64,000 nucleotides of DNA from assembly GCA_963787425.1 (NCBI GenBank), contig CAWBCV010000022.1, forward strand, positions 39,370 to 103,369, read 5' to 3'. Each line of letters begins with the position of its first letter. The stretch's first letter is position 1. Under the pieces are notes generated by a model. It was not told the origin of the DNA, made no database searches, and was given only the letters and a program-made list of their open reading frames with translations. This document shows positions 17,621 to 28,207 of the stretch, one piece after another. A program made the position numbers and the translations under genes. The DNA is from an uncultured Alphaproteobacteria bacterium (GTDB lineage Bacteria; Pseudomonadota; Alphaproteobacteria; ATCC43930; CGMCC-115725).

Positions 17621-18778
17621 GTGCCTGCTTCGTCGCGCGACCTCCGCCTAGATTTTTTCCGTGGTCTTGCTCTGATATTTATATTCGTGGATCATATCCC
17701 GGAGAATATCCTCAGCTATTTTACCATCCAGGCAGTCGAATTCTTTGATGCAGCCGAGGTCTTCATCTTTATCTCGGGTTACACCGCTGCTCTCGTGTAT
17801 GGGCAGACGCTCGTCTCACAAGGAACGTTATATGCGACTGCCCGGATACTCGGCCGTGCCTGGCAGCTTTACGTCGCTCATATTTTCTTGTTCGTCATGT
17901 TCATCGCCGAAGTGTCTTATACCGTGACGACCTTCAATAATCCAATGTACAACGATGAAATGCGGGTCGGTGATTTTCTCAACGAGCCGCACATCGCGAT
18001 CGTCAAGGCACTCCTTCTCGAGTTTCAGCCGACCTTTCTCGATATCCTCCCGCTCTACATCTTGCTTCTGGTGATCTTCCCGGTCGTCTTGCTTGGCTTG
18101 CGCTTATGGCCGCTGATCGTCTTATTGCCGTCCTTCCTACTTTATCTCATCGTCCAGGCCACCAACCTATCTGTTCCGGCTTATCCGGAGGGTCACGTCT
18201 GGTATTTCAACCCTCTCGCCTGGCAGTTTGTGTTCATCACCGGAGCCGCGCTCGGTTTTCCTGGGCGGCAAGATCGATGGTGGTCGAGTTGGGCTCGGCC
18301 GGCATTGCCGATAGCGGCGGTCGTTGTTGCGGCGGGGTTTGTTGTCAAGCTCAGCTGGACGATCCACGGTATTTGGGACCCGTTCCCCGGACTCCTTCTC
18401 AAGGAGTTGTGGCCGGTGAACAAAAACAACTTGTCCCCGATCCGGGTGATCCCCTTCTTCGCAGCAGTCGCGGTCGTTGCGATCGTCGTACCCGCTAATG
18501 CGGCCATTTTGCGTTCCCTAGCAGCGAAACCTTTGGTCCTGTGCGGTCAACAATCGCTGGAGATCTTCTGCCTTGGAATCCTGCTGTCGGCACTTGGGCA
18601 TTTTGTTCTTTCGGAATACGATTCGGCGATCAGCATCCAGATCCTCGTTAATCTTGCAGGCATTTTCGTGATGTGCCTAACTGCGATAATGTTGAATTGG
18701 TATAAAACCATGGGTCGAACGCAGCTGCCGCGGTCCGCGGCCGCCCAATCCGCTGGCGGCAGTCGTCTCGGCAAATGA
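17621..18778 (+). CDS. OpgC domain-containing membrane acyltransferase
   Basis: GTG start. RDLRLDFFRGLALIFIFVDHIPEN is characteristic of the OpgC family; about 10 hydrophobic segments. Confidence 0.85.
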   Translation: MPASSRDLRLDFFRGLALIFIFVDHIPENILSYFTIQAVEFFDAAEVFIFISGYTAALVYGQTLVSQGTLYATARILGRAWQLYVAHIFLFVMFIAEVSYTVTTFNNPMYNDEMRVGDFLNEPHIAIVKALLLEFQPTFLDILPLYILLLVIFPVVLLGLRLWPLIVLLPSFLLYLIVQATNLSVPAYPEGHVWYFNPLAWQFVFITGAALGFPGRQDRWWSSWARPALPIAAVVVAAGFVVKLSWTIHGIWDPFPGLLLKELWPVNKNNLSPIRVIPFFAAVAVVAIVVPANAAILRSLAAKPLVLCGQQSLEIFCLGILLSALGHFVLSEYDSAISIQILVNLAGIFVMCLTAIMLNWYKTMGRTQLPRSAAAQSAGGSRLGK

Positions 18779-19542
18779 GGTGGCGCGTCTCGACCGGCAG
18801 GTTGGCGCAGCCGGCTCTATTCGCGGCGGGCCTTGCCCTGACCGCACTCCCATCCCTCTCACGGGCCTTTGGCGGAGAGTTTCCCTGCGATGTGCCGGAC
18901 GAGCTTATGCAAGTCGACGACAAGCTGCCGCATTTGACCGAGCGGTTGCGCGCGGACCAGCCCGTCAGGATCGTCGCGATCGGCGGAGCGTCGACGACCG
19001 GATTGGCGGCGGGCTCGTCGGATCTCGCCTACCCCCATCGTCTGCAGGAGATCCTGGCCCGCTGGTATCCTTCCTCTCCGATCACGGTCGTCAATCGGGG
19101 GGTCCCGCGCCAGACCGCCCAACAGATGCTGGAACGGTTCCCCACCGATGTCATACCCGAAGATCCGGTTCTGGTGCTCTGGGAAACCGGCACCACCGAT
19201 GCCGTGCGGGGGGTTGGGGTCGACGATTTTGCGGCGTCACTGCAAACCGGCATAGACGGGCTCAAGGCGCACGGGATCGACATCATGCTCGTCGACATGC
19301 AATTTTCTCACAGTAGCGCGACCGTCATTGATTTCGAGCGATACTTGAACGCGCTACATCGGGTTGGTGACGTCAATGACGTGAATGTCTTTCCGCGCTT
19401 CGAGATGATGCGCTATTGGAGCGAGCAGAACGTGTTCAACTTCGACGGGGTCGCCAAAGACGAACGGGCCAGCCTTGCCGCTAGAGTTTACGAATGCATC
19501 GCCGGCAAGCTCGCGGAAGCTATTCGAGTCGCGCTCCGATGA
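18775..19542 (+). CDS. SGNH/GDSL hydrolase family protein (secreted)
   Basis: Signal peptide, VRIVAIGGASTTG (block I Ser), VLWETGTTDA. ATGA overlap with the OpgC stop. Confidence 0.8.
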   Translation: MRWRVSTGRLAQPALFAAGLALTALPSLSRAFGGEFPCDVPDELMQVDDKLPHLTERLRADQPVRIVAIGGASTTGLAAGSSDLAYPHRLQEILARWYPSSPITVVNRGVPRQTAQQMLERFPTDVIPEDPVLVLWETGTTDAVRGVGVDDFAASLQTGIDGLKAHGIDIMLVDMQFSHSSATVIDFERYLNALHRVGDVNDVNVFPRFEMMRYWSEQNVFNFDGVAKDERASLAARVYECIAGKLAEAIRVALR

Positions 19543-20405
19543 CCGCGGCTCCCACCATTGGGTGCCTTGCTGCGGCGCTCGCCATCGCCTTGGCCGCCGG
19601 GTGCCCCGCGTTCGCCGATGACACGGCGACACTGGTCGCGCCAAATTGCGCCGCCCCGCCGGCGCTTTCGGCAATCGAAGCCGCGCTAGACCGCACCTCA
19701 TCCCGAATCCTGTCCGGGAAGCCGCTCACGATCGTTGCTATGGGGTCCTCGTCGACCCTCGGAATTGGGGCGAGCACCCCGGCTTTGAGCTATCCGAGCC
19801 GCCTCGAGCAGGAATTGAGGCAGCGGTTTCCTGATGTCGACATCCGGGTCGTCAATCACGGCGTAGGCGGTCAGGATGTTCCGGAAGAATTGACCCGTCT
19901 CGGCCGGGACGTCCTTGCCGAGCACCCGGATCTGGTCATCTGGCAAGTCGGCACCAATGCGGTGCTTCGGCGCGACGATCTTTCGGCGGATGAACAGCTC
20001 ATCAGCCGCGGCGTAGCCTTAATGAAAGAGAGCGGCATCGATATAGTCCTGATGGACCTTCAATACGCTCCGCGGGTTCTCGCGCGCCCGGCCTTCAGCG
20101 AAATGGAGCGGCTGATCGCTGACCTTGCGAGACGCACTCAGGTTGGCTTGTTCCACCGATTTGAGATCATGAAGGAATGGGATCGTACGCAGCAGCTCGC
20201 GCCGGCCTCCAGCGTCGGTCCCGACGGGCTGCACATGACCGACGCGGGCTATGCCTGCTTGGCGAACCAGCTCGCCGATGCTTTGGCGTCGAATTGGCGA
20301 TCGCGCGACAAGCTGGCGAAATCGCCTCAACGCAGTCCTGACACGATCGCCGGCGTCGGGCGCCCGACGGGCGTGCCGCCCGCCGTGTCCTCGCCGCCGC
20401 GCTAA
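19539..20405 (+). CDS. SGNH/GDSL hydrolase family protein (secreted), paralogue of the preceding gene
   Basis: MTAAPTIGCLAAALAIALAAGCPAFA signal, LTIVAMGSSSTLG, VIWQVGTNA, GPDGLHMTDAGY. ATGA overlap with the preceding stop. Confidence 0.8.
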   Translation: MTAAPTIGCLAAALAIALAAGCPAFADDTATLVAPNCAAPPALSAIEAALDRTSSRILSGKPLTIVAMGSSSTLGIGASTPALSYPSRLEQELRQRFPDVDIRVVNHGVGGQDVPEELTRLGRDVLAEHPDLVIWQVGTNAVLRRDDLSADEQLISRGVALMKESGIDIVLMDLQYAPRVLARPAFSEMERLIADLARRTQVGLFHRFEIMKEWDRTQQLAPASSVGPDGLHMTDAGYACLANQLADALASNWRSRDKLAKSPQRSPDTIAGVGRPTGVPPAVSSPPR

Positions 20406-20735
20406 CCGTAAGTTACACCGATAGCTTTATAGGCAGCGAACGCGGCGGTTGCTGAGTTCGCCTAAAATCTACCGTGCTGCGACAGAACGCCGCGGTCGGC
20501 GCAGCCCGTTCCAATAGCTGCGGCGGCTCGACTCCAATCGGCGTTGGCATTCCGGGGATTAACCTACATTTCTATTGGGTTTTGGCGCAATCTAATATAT
20601 GCTGCGGGCAGCGTCGGAGTTGACCACAATATATTGTCAGTTCGTGGAGCTTGGGCACATAGGCGACTGCAGCCGCCAACTGGGCGATGGGGTGCCTCCG
20701 AGGATCGTACCATTCGTACTCTCGCCACAAAGTGT

Positions 20736-20751
20736 TGGCATAATGGCCGCA
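20736..20751 (+). promoter_or_regulatory. sigma-54-like -24/-12 element upstream of prkA (TGGCAT-N5-CCGCA)
   Basis: GG and GC are spaced as in TGGCAC-N5-TTGCA. The element lies about 220 nt upstream of the prkA ATG. Weak call based on the motif only. Confidence 0.25.
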
Positions 20752-20972
20752 GCCTGAGTGGACAGCGCGCGATGGAGCCCCGAGGGCAGAGCCGGAGGAT
20801 TGCAACTGGTTGGAAACCGAGAGACTTACGCTGGGAGAACTCGACGTAACAAGGATATTACGAGAATTTACAACGAATTACACTTTCCAGCGGACGTTCG
20901 TTCGGTTTTGTCGTTCTCTGGAATTGTCACGGGAAGCTTCGGGTTGAGCGGGGCATCGGTTGAGGTGAGACA

Positions 20973-22919
20973 ATGAAATTCGATGACGGGATTTTTGGAC
21001 TCTATTCACGGTTGTACGAAAACCGGAGAGATGTCGAGCTCTCCCTCGAGGAGTATCTCGGCAAGTGCTCCGATAATTCGTCATATTATGCGGGCGCCGC
21101 CGAGCGCATGCTGAGCGCTATCGGCGAGCCGGTGATGGTCGACACGAGCCAAGATTCGCGTCTCGGCCGGATTTTCATGAACCGCACGATCAAGGTCTAC
21201 CCGGAATTCGCGGATTTCTTCGGGATGGAGGAGACGATCGAGCGCATCGTCGGCTTCTTCCGTCATGCCGCGCAGGGCCTGGAGGAACGTAAGCAAATTC
21301 TCTATCTGCTAGGCCCGGTCGGCGGCGGCAAATCCTCGCTGGCCGAACGCCTGAAGCAGCTGATGGAGAAAGAGCCGGTCTATGTCTTGAAGGCCGGCAA
21401 GGAAGTCAGTCCGGTTTTTGAGAGCCCGCTCGGTTTGTTCGATCCGGTGACCCTCGGCGAGGAACTTGAAAAGCGTTACAACGTCCCGCGGCGGCGGCTG
21501 ACCGGCACCATTTCGCCGTGGGCGGTCAAGCGGCTCGAAGAATTCGGCGGCGACATCACCAAATTCACGGTGGTTCGCATGCAGCCTTCGCGGCTGAAGC
21601 AAATCTGCATCTCCAAGACCGAGCCCGGCGATGAGAACAACCAGGACGTGTCGAGCCTTGTCGGCAAGGTCGACATTCGCAAGCTCGAATTCTTCAGCCA
21701 GAACGACCCGGACGCCTATTCCTATTCTGGCGGTCTTAACCGGACGACCCAAGGGCTTCTCGAATTTGTCGAGATGTTCAAGGCGCCGATCAAGATGCTG
21801 CATCCGCTATTGACCTCGACGCAGGAAGGCAATTACGTCGGTTCCGAAAATATCGGCGGGATCCCCTATCAGGGGATCGTATTGGCGCACTCGAACGAAG
21901 CCGAATGGCAGAGCTTCAAAAACAACAAGAACAATGAGGCGTTCATCGACCGCATCTCGGTGATCAAGGTCCCGTACTGCTTGCGCGCCACCGAGGAACG
22001 CAAGATCTACGAAAAATTATTGCAGAACAGTGAGCTCTCCAGTTCGCCATGTGCGCCGTCGACCTTGGATATACTCGCACGCTTCAGCGTGCTGTCGCGG
22101 CTGAAATCGCACGAGAATTCGAACCTCTATTCGAAAATGCGGGTCTATGACGGCGAGAGCTTGAAGGACACTGATCCGCGCGCCAAGTCTGTCCAGGAAT
22201 ATCGCGATGCGGCCGGGGTTGACGAGGGAATGGACGGCATTTCCACCCGTTTCGCCTTCAAGGTGTTGTCCAGCACCTTTAACTTCGACACGCAGGAGGT
22301 GGCCGCCGATCCCGTCCATCTGATGTACGTGCTGGAGCAGGCGATCTGGCGTGAGCAATTCCCTGACGACGCCGAAAAGAAATACCTTAACTTCATCAAG
22401 GCCGAGCTGGCGCCGCGCTATGCCGAGTTCATCGGCCATGAGATCCAGAAGGCTTATCTGGAATCCTACTCCGACTACGGTCAGAACCTGTTCGACCGGT
22501 ATGTCGCCTACGCCGATGCTTGGATCGAGGATTCCGACTACAAGGATCCCGACACCGGTCAGCTGATGAATCGCGAGCTGTTGAACCAAGAGCTGTCAAA
22601 GATTGAAAAGCCGGCCGGGATCGCAAACCCCAAGGATTTCCGTAACGAGGTCGTCAAATTCGCGTTGCGCGCGCGGGCCAATAATGCCGGGCGCAACCCG
22701 TCATGGACCTCGTACGAGAAACTGCGCGAGGTCATCGAGCGGCGCATGTTCTCACAAGTCGAGGATCTGTTGCCGGTAATCAGCTTTGGGACCAAGAAGG
22801 ATACCGACACGGAGAAGAAGCACGCCGATTTCCTCGAACGCATGGTCTCCCGGGGTTACACTGAGCGGCAGGTCCGACGGCTAGTCGAGTGGTATATGCG
22901 GGTGAACAAGGCAGGGTAA
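20973..22919 (+). CDS. prkA: PrkA family serine protein kinase
   Basis: 648 aa, LLGPVGGGKSSLAERLK P-loop. Collinear with the YeaG/PrkA family and followed by yeaH and spoVR-type genes. Confidence 0.95.
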   Translation: MKFDDGIFGLYSRLYENRRDVELSLEEYLGKCSDNSSYYAGAAERMLSAIGEPVMVDTSQDSRLGRIFMNRTIKVYPEFADFFGMEETIERIVGFFRHAAQGLEERKQILYLLGPVGGGKSSLAERLKQLMEKEPVYVLKAGKEVSPVFESPLGLFDPVTLGEELEKRYNVPRRRLTGTISPWAVKRLEEFGGDITKFTVVRMQPSRLKQICISKTEPGDENNQDVSSLVGKVDIRKLEFFSQNDPDAYSYSGGLNRTTQGLLEFVEMFKAPIKMLHPLLTSTQEGNYVGSENIGGIPYQGIVLAHSNEAEWQSFKNNKNNEAFIDRISVIKVPYCLRATEERKIYEKLLQNSELSSSPCAPSTLDILARFSVLSRLKSHENSNLYSKMRVYDGESLKDTDPRAKSVQEYRDAAGVDEGMDGISTRFAFKVLSSTFNFDTQEVAADPVHLMYVLEQAIWREQFPDDAEKKYLNFIKAELAPRYAEFIGHEIQKAYLESYSDYGQNLFDRYVAYADAWIEDSDYKDPDTGQLMNRELLNQELSKIEKPAGIANPKDFRNEVVKFALRARANNAGRNPSWTSYEKLREVIERRMFSQVEDLLPVISFGTKKDTDTEKKHADFLERMVSRGYTERQVRRLVEWYMRVNKAG

Positions 22920-22951
22920 GCGATCGCAGTTTTCTGGAAGGGAAGACTAGT

Positions 22952-23053
22952 ATGAGCGACGTCAACCGCCGTCCCAGCCCCAAGGGCAAGAGCCGTGGCA
23001 CAAAACCGAATCGGAGGAGATGGATCGATCAGCGCGGGAGCCTCATGGCATGA
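22952..23053 (+). other. 33-codon ORF that duplicates the 5' end of yeaH (relic start)
   Basis: MSDVNRRPSPKGKS... compared with the yeaH start MNIVDRRPNPKGKS.... At the nucleotide level, gtcaaccgccgtcccagccccaagggcaagagcc compares with gtcgaccgccgtcccaacccgaagggcaagagcc. It starts 33 nt after the prkA stop behind GGAAGGGAAG. Confidence 0.5.
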
Positions 23054-23222
23054 TCAGCATTTCCATGTTCATAGGCTCGCCCGGTCCTGGACCTAGTCCA
23101 GGCAATGACCCGTCGCCGACGCACCAGTGTATTGATGCGGTTGGCTCCTTAGATAGCTAAGTGAGTTCTGGGCTGAGCCTCGCCGGATTAATCGGGTGGG
23201 GCTTTGCCCTGGAGATACACAG

Positions 23223-24512
23223 ATGAATATCGTCGACCGCCGTCCCAACCCGAAGGGCAAGAGCCTCAGCAATCGACAGCGTTTTCTGGCGCGCGCCCGG
23301 GCGGAAGTGAAATCGGCGGTGCAGGAGGCATTGCGCAAACGCAAGGTGGCTGATGTCGGCCACGGCGAAAAGGTGGCGATTCCGACCCGTGGGATTGCCG
23401 AGCCGAATTTTCATCACAGCCGCCGCACCGGGCGAACCGAACATGTCGTCCCCGGCAACAAGGAGTATATCAGAGGCGACGAAATTCCGCGGCCGACCGG
23501 CGGGGAAGGGCGTGGGGGCTCGCAGGGGAGCCCCGACGGGTCGGGCGAGGACGCGTTTGAATTCACGCTTTCGAAGGAAGAGTTCCTCGACATGTTTTTC
23601 GAGGACCTCGAACTCCCCGATCTCGTCAAAAAGAGCCTTAAGGAGACGTTTGCAGTCGATCTGCAGCGTGCCGGGTACACAGTTAGCGGCAGTCCCGCCA
23701 ACCTCAGCATCCGCCGGACGATGCGGAACAGCATGGCGCGCCGGATATCGCTGAAACGGCCGAAACAATCGGATCTGGAGGCGTTGCGCGAGGCGATCGA
23801 TAATGCGCGCTCTCGCGGTGCTGACGAAGAGGCCGAGAGGCTTCTGCGCGAACTCGACCGCCTTGAGCACCGCAGTAAGATCATTCCTTACATCGACCCA
23901 ATCGACGTTCGTTATAACCGCTTTGAGCGGGTTCCCCGCCCGAATACCGAAGCGGTGATGTTCTGCCTGATGGACGTGTCGGGATCGATGACCGAGGCGA
24001 TGAAGGACCTAGCGAAGAGGTTCTTCATGCTCCTGCATGTTTTCCTGATCCGGCGCTATCGGCAGGTCGATATCGTCTTCATTCGCCACACAAGCACCGC
24101 CGAAGAGGTCGACGAAGAGACCTTCTTCTACAGCCGGGAGACCGGCGGTACCGTAGTCTCGACCGCCCTCGAAAAAATGCTGGAGATTGCGCGGGCGCGA
24201 TATCCCACCGACCGGTGGAACATTTACGCGGCTCAGGCGTCCGACGGCGACAATTACGGCGCGGACAGTGGACGTTGCGTATCCTTGTTGGGTGGCGAGG
24301 TTCTTCCGCTCTGTCAATATTTCGCCTACGTCGAAGTCGGTGACGGCATGGGAGGAAGCCTGACCGGATTGTCGCGAGACAGCGACCTGTGGAGAGCCTA
24401 CAACGAGGTAGCGCCGGTCCATCCTCATTTCGTGATGCGCCGGGTCAGCGACCCGTCGCAGATCTTCTCGGTGTTCCACGAATTATTCGCAAAGGGGGGT
24501 ATCCGTGCCTGA
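23223..24512 (+). CDS. yeaH: YeaH/YhbH family protein (DUF444, vWA-like)
   Basis: MNIVDRRPNPKGKSLSNRQRFLARA...FCLMDVSGSM (MIDAS-like). Conserved position between prkA and spoVR. Confidence 0.9.
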   Translation: MNIVDRRPNPKGKSLSNRQRFLARARAEVKSAVQEALRKRKVADVGHGEKVAIPTRGIAEPNFHHSRRTGRTEHVVPGNKEYIRGDEIPRPTGGEGRGGSQGSPDGSGEDAFEFTLSKEEFLDMFFEDLELPDLVKKSLKETFAVDLQRAGYTVSGSPANLSIRRTMRNSMARRISLKRPKQSDLEALREAIDNARSRGADEEAERLLRELDRLEHRSKIIPYIDPIDVRYNRFERVPRPNTEAVMFCLMDVSGSMTEAMKDLAKRFFMLLHVFLIRRYRQVDIVFIRHTSTAEEVDEETFFYSRETGGTVVSTALEKMLEIARARYPTDRWNIYAAQASDGDNYGADSGRCVSLLGGEVLPLCQYFAYVEVGDGMGGSLTGLSRDSDLWRAYNEVAPVHPHFVMRRVSDPSQIFSVFHELFAKGGIRA

Positions 24513-26067
24513 CTCCGTCGCGCTGCGGCTCGAAACCGCCGCCCCGATCTTCACTGGCCCAAATTGGGATTATACGGGGTTGCGCCGGGTCTATGACGCA
24601 GTCGAGCGGATTGCGCTCGACGAGCTCGGGCTCGACGTCTATCCCGTCCAGATCGAGGTGATCACCTCCGAGCAGATGCTCGACGCTTACGCCTCGGTCG
24701 GCTTGCCGCTGATGTATCGCCATTGGAGCTTCGGCAAACGTTTCGCGTACCACGAGACCCTCTACCGAAAGGGATTGCAAGGCCTCGCCTACGAAATCGT
24801 CATCAACTCCAACCCGTGTATCTGCTACATCATGGAAGAAAATTCCATGACCATGCAGACATTAGTCATTGCTCACGCCGCGTTCGGCCATAATCACTTC
24901 TTTAAGAACAATTACCTGTTTCGGCAGTGGACCGACGCCAATGGCATTCTCGATTATCTGAGCTTCGCCCGCGACTACGTGCAGAAATGCGAAGAGCGGC
25001 ACGGGGCGGAGGCGGTGGAGCGCGTGCTGGACGCCGCGCATGCGCTTAAGGATCACGGTGTGAACCGTTACGCCCACCGCACCAAGCCGAATCTCGCCGA
25101 GGAGCGGCGCCGAGCTGAGGAGTGGCGTGCGCATTTCGAGGCGACATACAACGATCTATGGCGCACCGTGCCTGGTGCCGGAAAAGACAAGGAGGACGGC
25201 GGCGACGAGGAGGCGCGGCTCCAGGAAATCAAGCGCGAGCTCGGGCTTCCTGAAGAGAACCTGCTGTATCTGATTGAAAAACGAGCCCCGCGGCTCGAAG
25301 ATTGGCAACGCGAGCTCGTGCGCATCGTCCGCTTGGTCTCTCAGTATTTCTATCCGCAGAAGCAGACGCAGATGATGAACGAGGGGTGCGCGACCTTCGT
25401 GCATTACGAGATTATGCGGCGGCTTCACGACAAGGGGCTGATTACCGAAGGATCGATGCTCGAGTTTCTGCACTCGCATTCGAGCGTCGTATTTCAGCCG
25501 GACTTCGATGACCCGCGGTTCAGCGGCCTCAACCCCTATGCGCTGGGGTTCGCGATGATGAGCGATATCCGGCGCATCTGCGAAGAGCCGACCGGGGAGG
25601 ACCGGGAGTGGTTTCCCGACATAGCCGGCTCGGGAGACGGCTTTGGCGTCTTACGTCACGCCTGGGCGAACTACCGCGACGAAAGTTTCGTCCTGCAACA
25701 TCTCAGCCCGGCGATGATCCGGCGGTTTCGGCTTTTCCATGTCTCCGACGACAGCACAAAGCCGGCGTTGCGCGTCGAGGCGATCCACGACGATGTCGGC
25801 TATCGGAAAGTTCGCAGCGCTCTCTCCCGGCAATATGATCTGTCCCGGCGCGAGCCCGACATTCAGGTGGTCGATGTCGATCTCAGAGGTGATCGCTGCC
25901 TCATTCTTGCGCATTATGTGCATAACGGCGTGCTGCTCGAAGAACAGAGCTGCCGGGCCGTGATCCGGCATACGGCAACGTTGTGGGGCTATTCGGTCAA
26001 GCTGCTCGAGATCGACGCCGCCACCGACAAAACCCTGAAAACCTATGAGGTAGCACCCCCCAGCTGA
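24505..26067 (+). CDS. SpoVR family protein (YcgB-like)
   Basis: 520 aa with [46 protein letters not shown]. 8-nt overlap with yeaH. Confidence 0.9.
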   Translation: MPDSVALRLETAAPIFTGPNWDYTGLRRVYDAVERIALDELGLDVYPVQIEVITSEQMLDAYASVGLPLMYRHWSFGKRFAYHETLYRKGLQGLAYEIVINSNPCICYIMEENSMTMQTLVIAHAAFGHNHFFKNNYLFRQWTDANGILDYLSFARDYVQKCEERHGAEAVERVLDAAHALKDHGVNRYAHRTKPNLAEERRRAEEWRAHFEATYNDLWRTVPGAGKDKEDGGDEEARLQEIKRELGLPEENLLYLIEKRAPRLEDWQRELVRIVRLVSQYFYPQKQTQMMNEGCATFVHYEIMRRLHDKGLITEGSMLEFLHSHSSVVFQPDFDDPRFSGLNPYALGFAMMSDIRRICEEPTGEDREWFPDIAGSGDGFGVLRHAWANYRDESFVLQHLSPAMIRRFRLFHVSDDSTKPALRVEAIHDDVGYRKVRSALSRQYDLSRREPDIQVVDVDLRGDRCLILAHYVHNGVLLEEQSCRAVIRHTATLWGYSVKLLEIDAATDKTLKTYEVAPPS

Positions 26068-26125
26068 CCACCGGGGAGGCCAGTTCGGAGCCCGAAGCCA
26101 AGGCTCCCGAGCGATAGCACGCACG

Positions 26126-27187
26126 ATGGTCGTCCTCGGGATCGAAACCAGCTGCGACGAGAGCGCTGCCGCTGTAGTAGCTGTGACTGAGACGGGACCG
26201 AAGATCCTTTCCAATTTGGTCCGATCCCAGCTCGCGGAGCACGAACCCTATGGCGGTATCGTGCCCGAGATCGCCGCGCGCGCCCATCTCGACCACCTCG
26301 ATCCGCTGATATCGCGCGCGCTCGCCGAGGCCGGCGTTATCCTAGGCGAGGTCGATGGGGTAGCTGCTGCGGCGGGCCCGGGCTTGATCGGGGGCCTGAT
26401 CGTCGGCTCAACAATGGCAAAGGCGTTGGCTTGGGCCGCGGATAAGCCGTTTCTTTCTGTGAACCATCTGGAGGCCCATGCTCTGGCAGTTCGCCTGACC
26501 GAGGGCGTGGATTTCCCGTACCTATTGCTGCTCGTTTCGGGGGGACATTGTCAGCTCCTCGTCTGCTCCGGAGTTGGCCGCTACACGCGTCTCGGGACAA
26601 CGCTCGACGATGCCGCCGGTGAAGCGTTCGACAAGGCGGCAAAGCTGATCGGGCTTGGCTATCCCGGAGGGCCCGCAATTGAGGCGGCCGCGCACAATGG
26701 GGACCCATCCCGTTTCGTCCTGCCGCGCCCGATGAAAGGCAGGCCGGGTTGCGATTTCTCATTCTCGGGCTTGAAGACGGCAGTGCGTCAGATCACTTCC
26801 GCGGTCGACGGCCTTGATCCGCGCGACCAGGCGGATCTCGCGGCCTCGGTTGAGCTCGCGATCTGCGACGCGGTGACCGATCGGACCATGAATGCGGTCG
26901 CGTGGTTCCGCCGCAAATTCCCGAAGGGGAATTCGTTGGTGGTTAGCGGTGGGGTCGCCGCTAACAAAAGGCTGCGAAGCCGTCTTATGGGCCTCGCCGA
27001 TGATATCGGGCTGCGCTTTGTCGCGCCGCCGCCAGGATTGTGCACCGATAATGGAGCAATAATCGCCTGGGCTGGCATCGAGCGGCTTCGACTCGGCCTC
27101 GTCGATGGCCTCGATGCACCGCTCAAGCCGCGATGGCCGCTCGACACTGACGCGCCACCCCGTCCCGGAGCAGGTGTGAAGGGGTGA
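26126..27187 (+). CDS. tsaD: tRNA N6-adenosine threonylcarbamoyltransferase
   Basis: [18 protein letters not shown]...NHLEAHAL...[12 protein letters not shown]. Confidence 0.9.
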   Translation: MVVLGIETSCDESAAAVVAVTETGPKILSNLVRSQLAEHEPYGGIVPEIAARAHLDHLDPLISRALAEAGVILGEVDGVAAAAGPGLIGGLIVGSTMAKALAWAADKPFLSVNHLEAHALAVRLTEGVDFPYLLLLVSGGHCQLLVCSGVGRYTRLGTTLDDAAGEAFDKAAKLIGLGYPGGPAIEAAAHNGDPSRFVLPRPMKGRPGCDFSFSGLKTAVRQITSAVDGLDPRDQADLAASVELAICDAVTDRTMNAVAWFRRKFPKGNSLVVSGGVAANKRLRSRLMGLADDIGLRFVAPPPGLCTDNGAIIAWAGIERLRLGLVDGLDAPLKPRWPLDTDAPPRPGAGVKG

Positions 27188-27211
27188 GCAGTTGGCCTCA
27201 AATGTGATCCG

Positions 27212-28207
27212 ATGAGACGCTTGGCGATCATCGGCGGTGGCGCCTGGGGGACCGCGCTAGCCATGGTCGCTCGTCGCGCGGGCTCACTCCCGGTGCTGTG
27301 GGCTCGGGATCCCGACGTAGTTGCGCAGATAAATCGGCAACATCAGAACCCGCTCTTCCTGCCCGGCGTGAATCTCGACCCCGCCATCGCGGCAACCACG
27401 GACATGGCGTTCGCGACAGAAGGGGTGGAGGCGGCACTAATTGTCGTCCCGGCGCAATTCCTGCGCGGTGTAATCCAGGAGCTCGGCTCTCACCTTCACC
27501 GCGGGGTCCCTTTGCTGCTCTGCGCAAAAGGGATCGAGACCAGCTCGCTGAAATTGATGTCGGAGGTTGCCGCGGAAATTCTGTCCGCCTCCCCCACAGC
27601 GGTGCTCTCGGGGCCGACATTTGCTGCCGAGGTCGCGCGCGAGATGCCGACAGCGGTCACGATTGCGAGCGGCGACGCGTCGCTCGGTCACGCCTTCATC
27701 GAAGCCCTTGGAAGCAGCCGGTTCCGTCCCTACCTGTCGCAGGACCCGGTCGGCGCAGAGGTTGGCGGGGCCGTAAAGAATGTCCTCGCGATTGCGTGCG
27801 GCATCGTTGTCGGTCGCGGCCTCGGCGACAACGCTCGAGCTTCGCTGATCACCCGCGGACTGGCGGAGATGATCCGGCTCGGAGTGGCCAAGGGCGGTCG
27901 AGCCGAAACTTTCCGTGGTCTCTCCGGGCTGGGAGATCTCGTGCTGACCTGCAGTTCCGCTCAATCGCGCAATTTTGGGCTTGGCCTCGCGCTCGGTCGC
28001 GGGAGGGCCCTCGAGACCGCGCTCCGCGGCAGCCGGGCGGTCGTCGAGGGCGTGGCCACGGCTGCGTCAATCGCGCGAGTGACGGAACGGCTCGGCATAG
28101 AGATGCCGATCGCCGCGGGAGTTGATGCGTTACTTCACCGCGGCGAAGCCGTAGACGCCGTTATCGATGTGCTGCTGCGCCGGCCCTACCGGGCCGAACA
28201 GGGATAA
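27212..28207 (+). CDS. gpsA: NAD(P)H-dependent glycerol-3-phosphate dehydrogenase
   Basis: LAIIGGGAWGTALA...GPTFAAEVA...GAVKNVLAIACG. Confidence 0.9.
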   Translation: MRRLAIIGGGAWGTALAMVARRAGSLPVLWARDPDVVAQINRQHQNPLFLPGVNLDPAIAATTDMAFATEGVEAALIVVPAQFLRGVIQELGSHLHRGVPLLLCAKGIETSSLKLMSEVAAEILSASPTAVLSGPTFAAEVAREMPTAVTIASGDASLGHAFIEALGSSRFRPYLSQDPVGAEVGGAVKNVLAIACGIVVGRGLGDNARASLITRGLAEMIRLGVAKGGRAETFRGLSGLGDLVLTCSSAQSRNFGLGLALGRGRALETALRGSRAVVEGVATAASIARVTERLGIEMPIAAGVDALLHRGEAVDAVIDVLLRRPYRAEQG

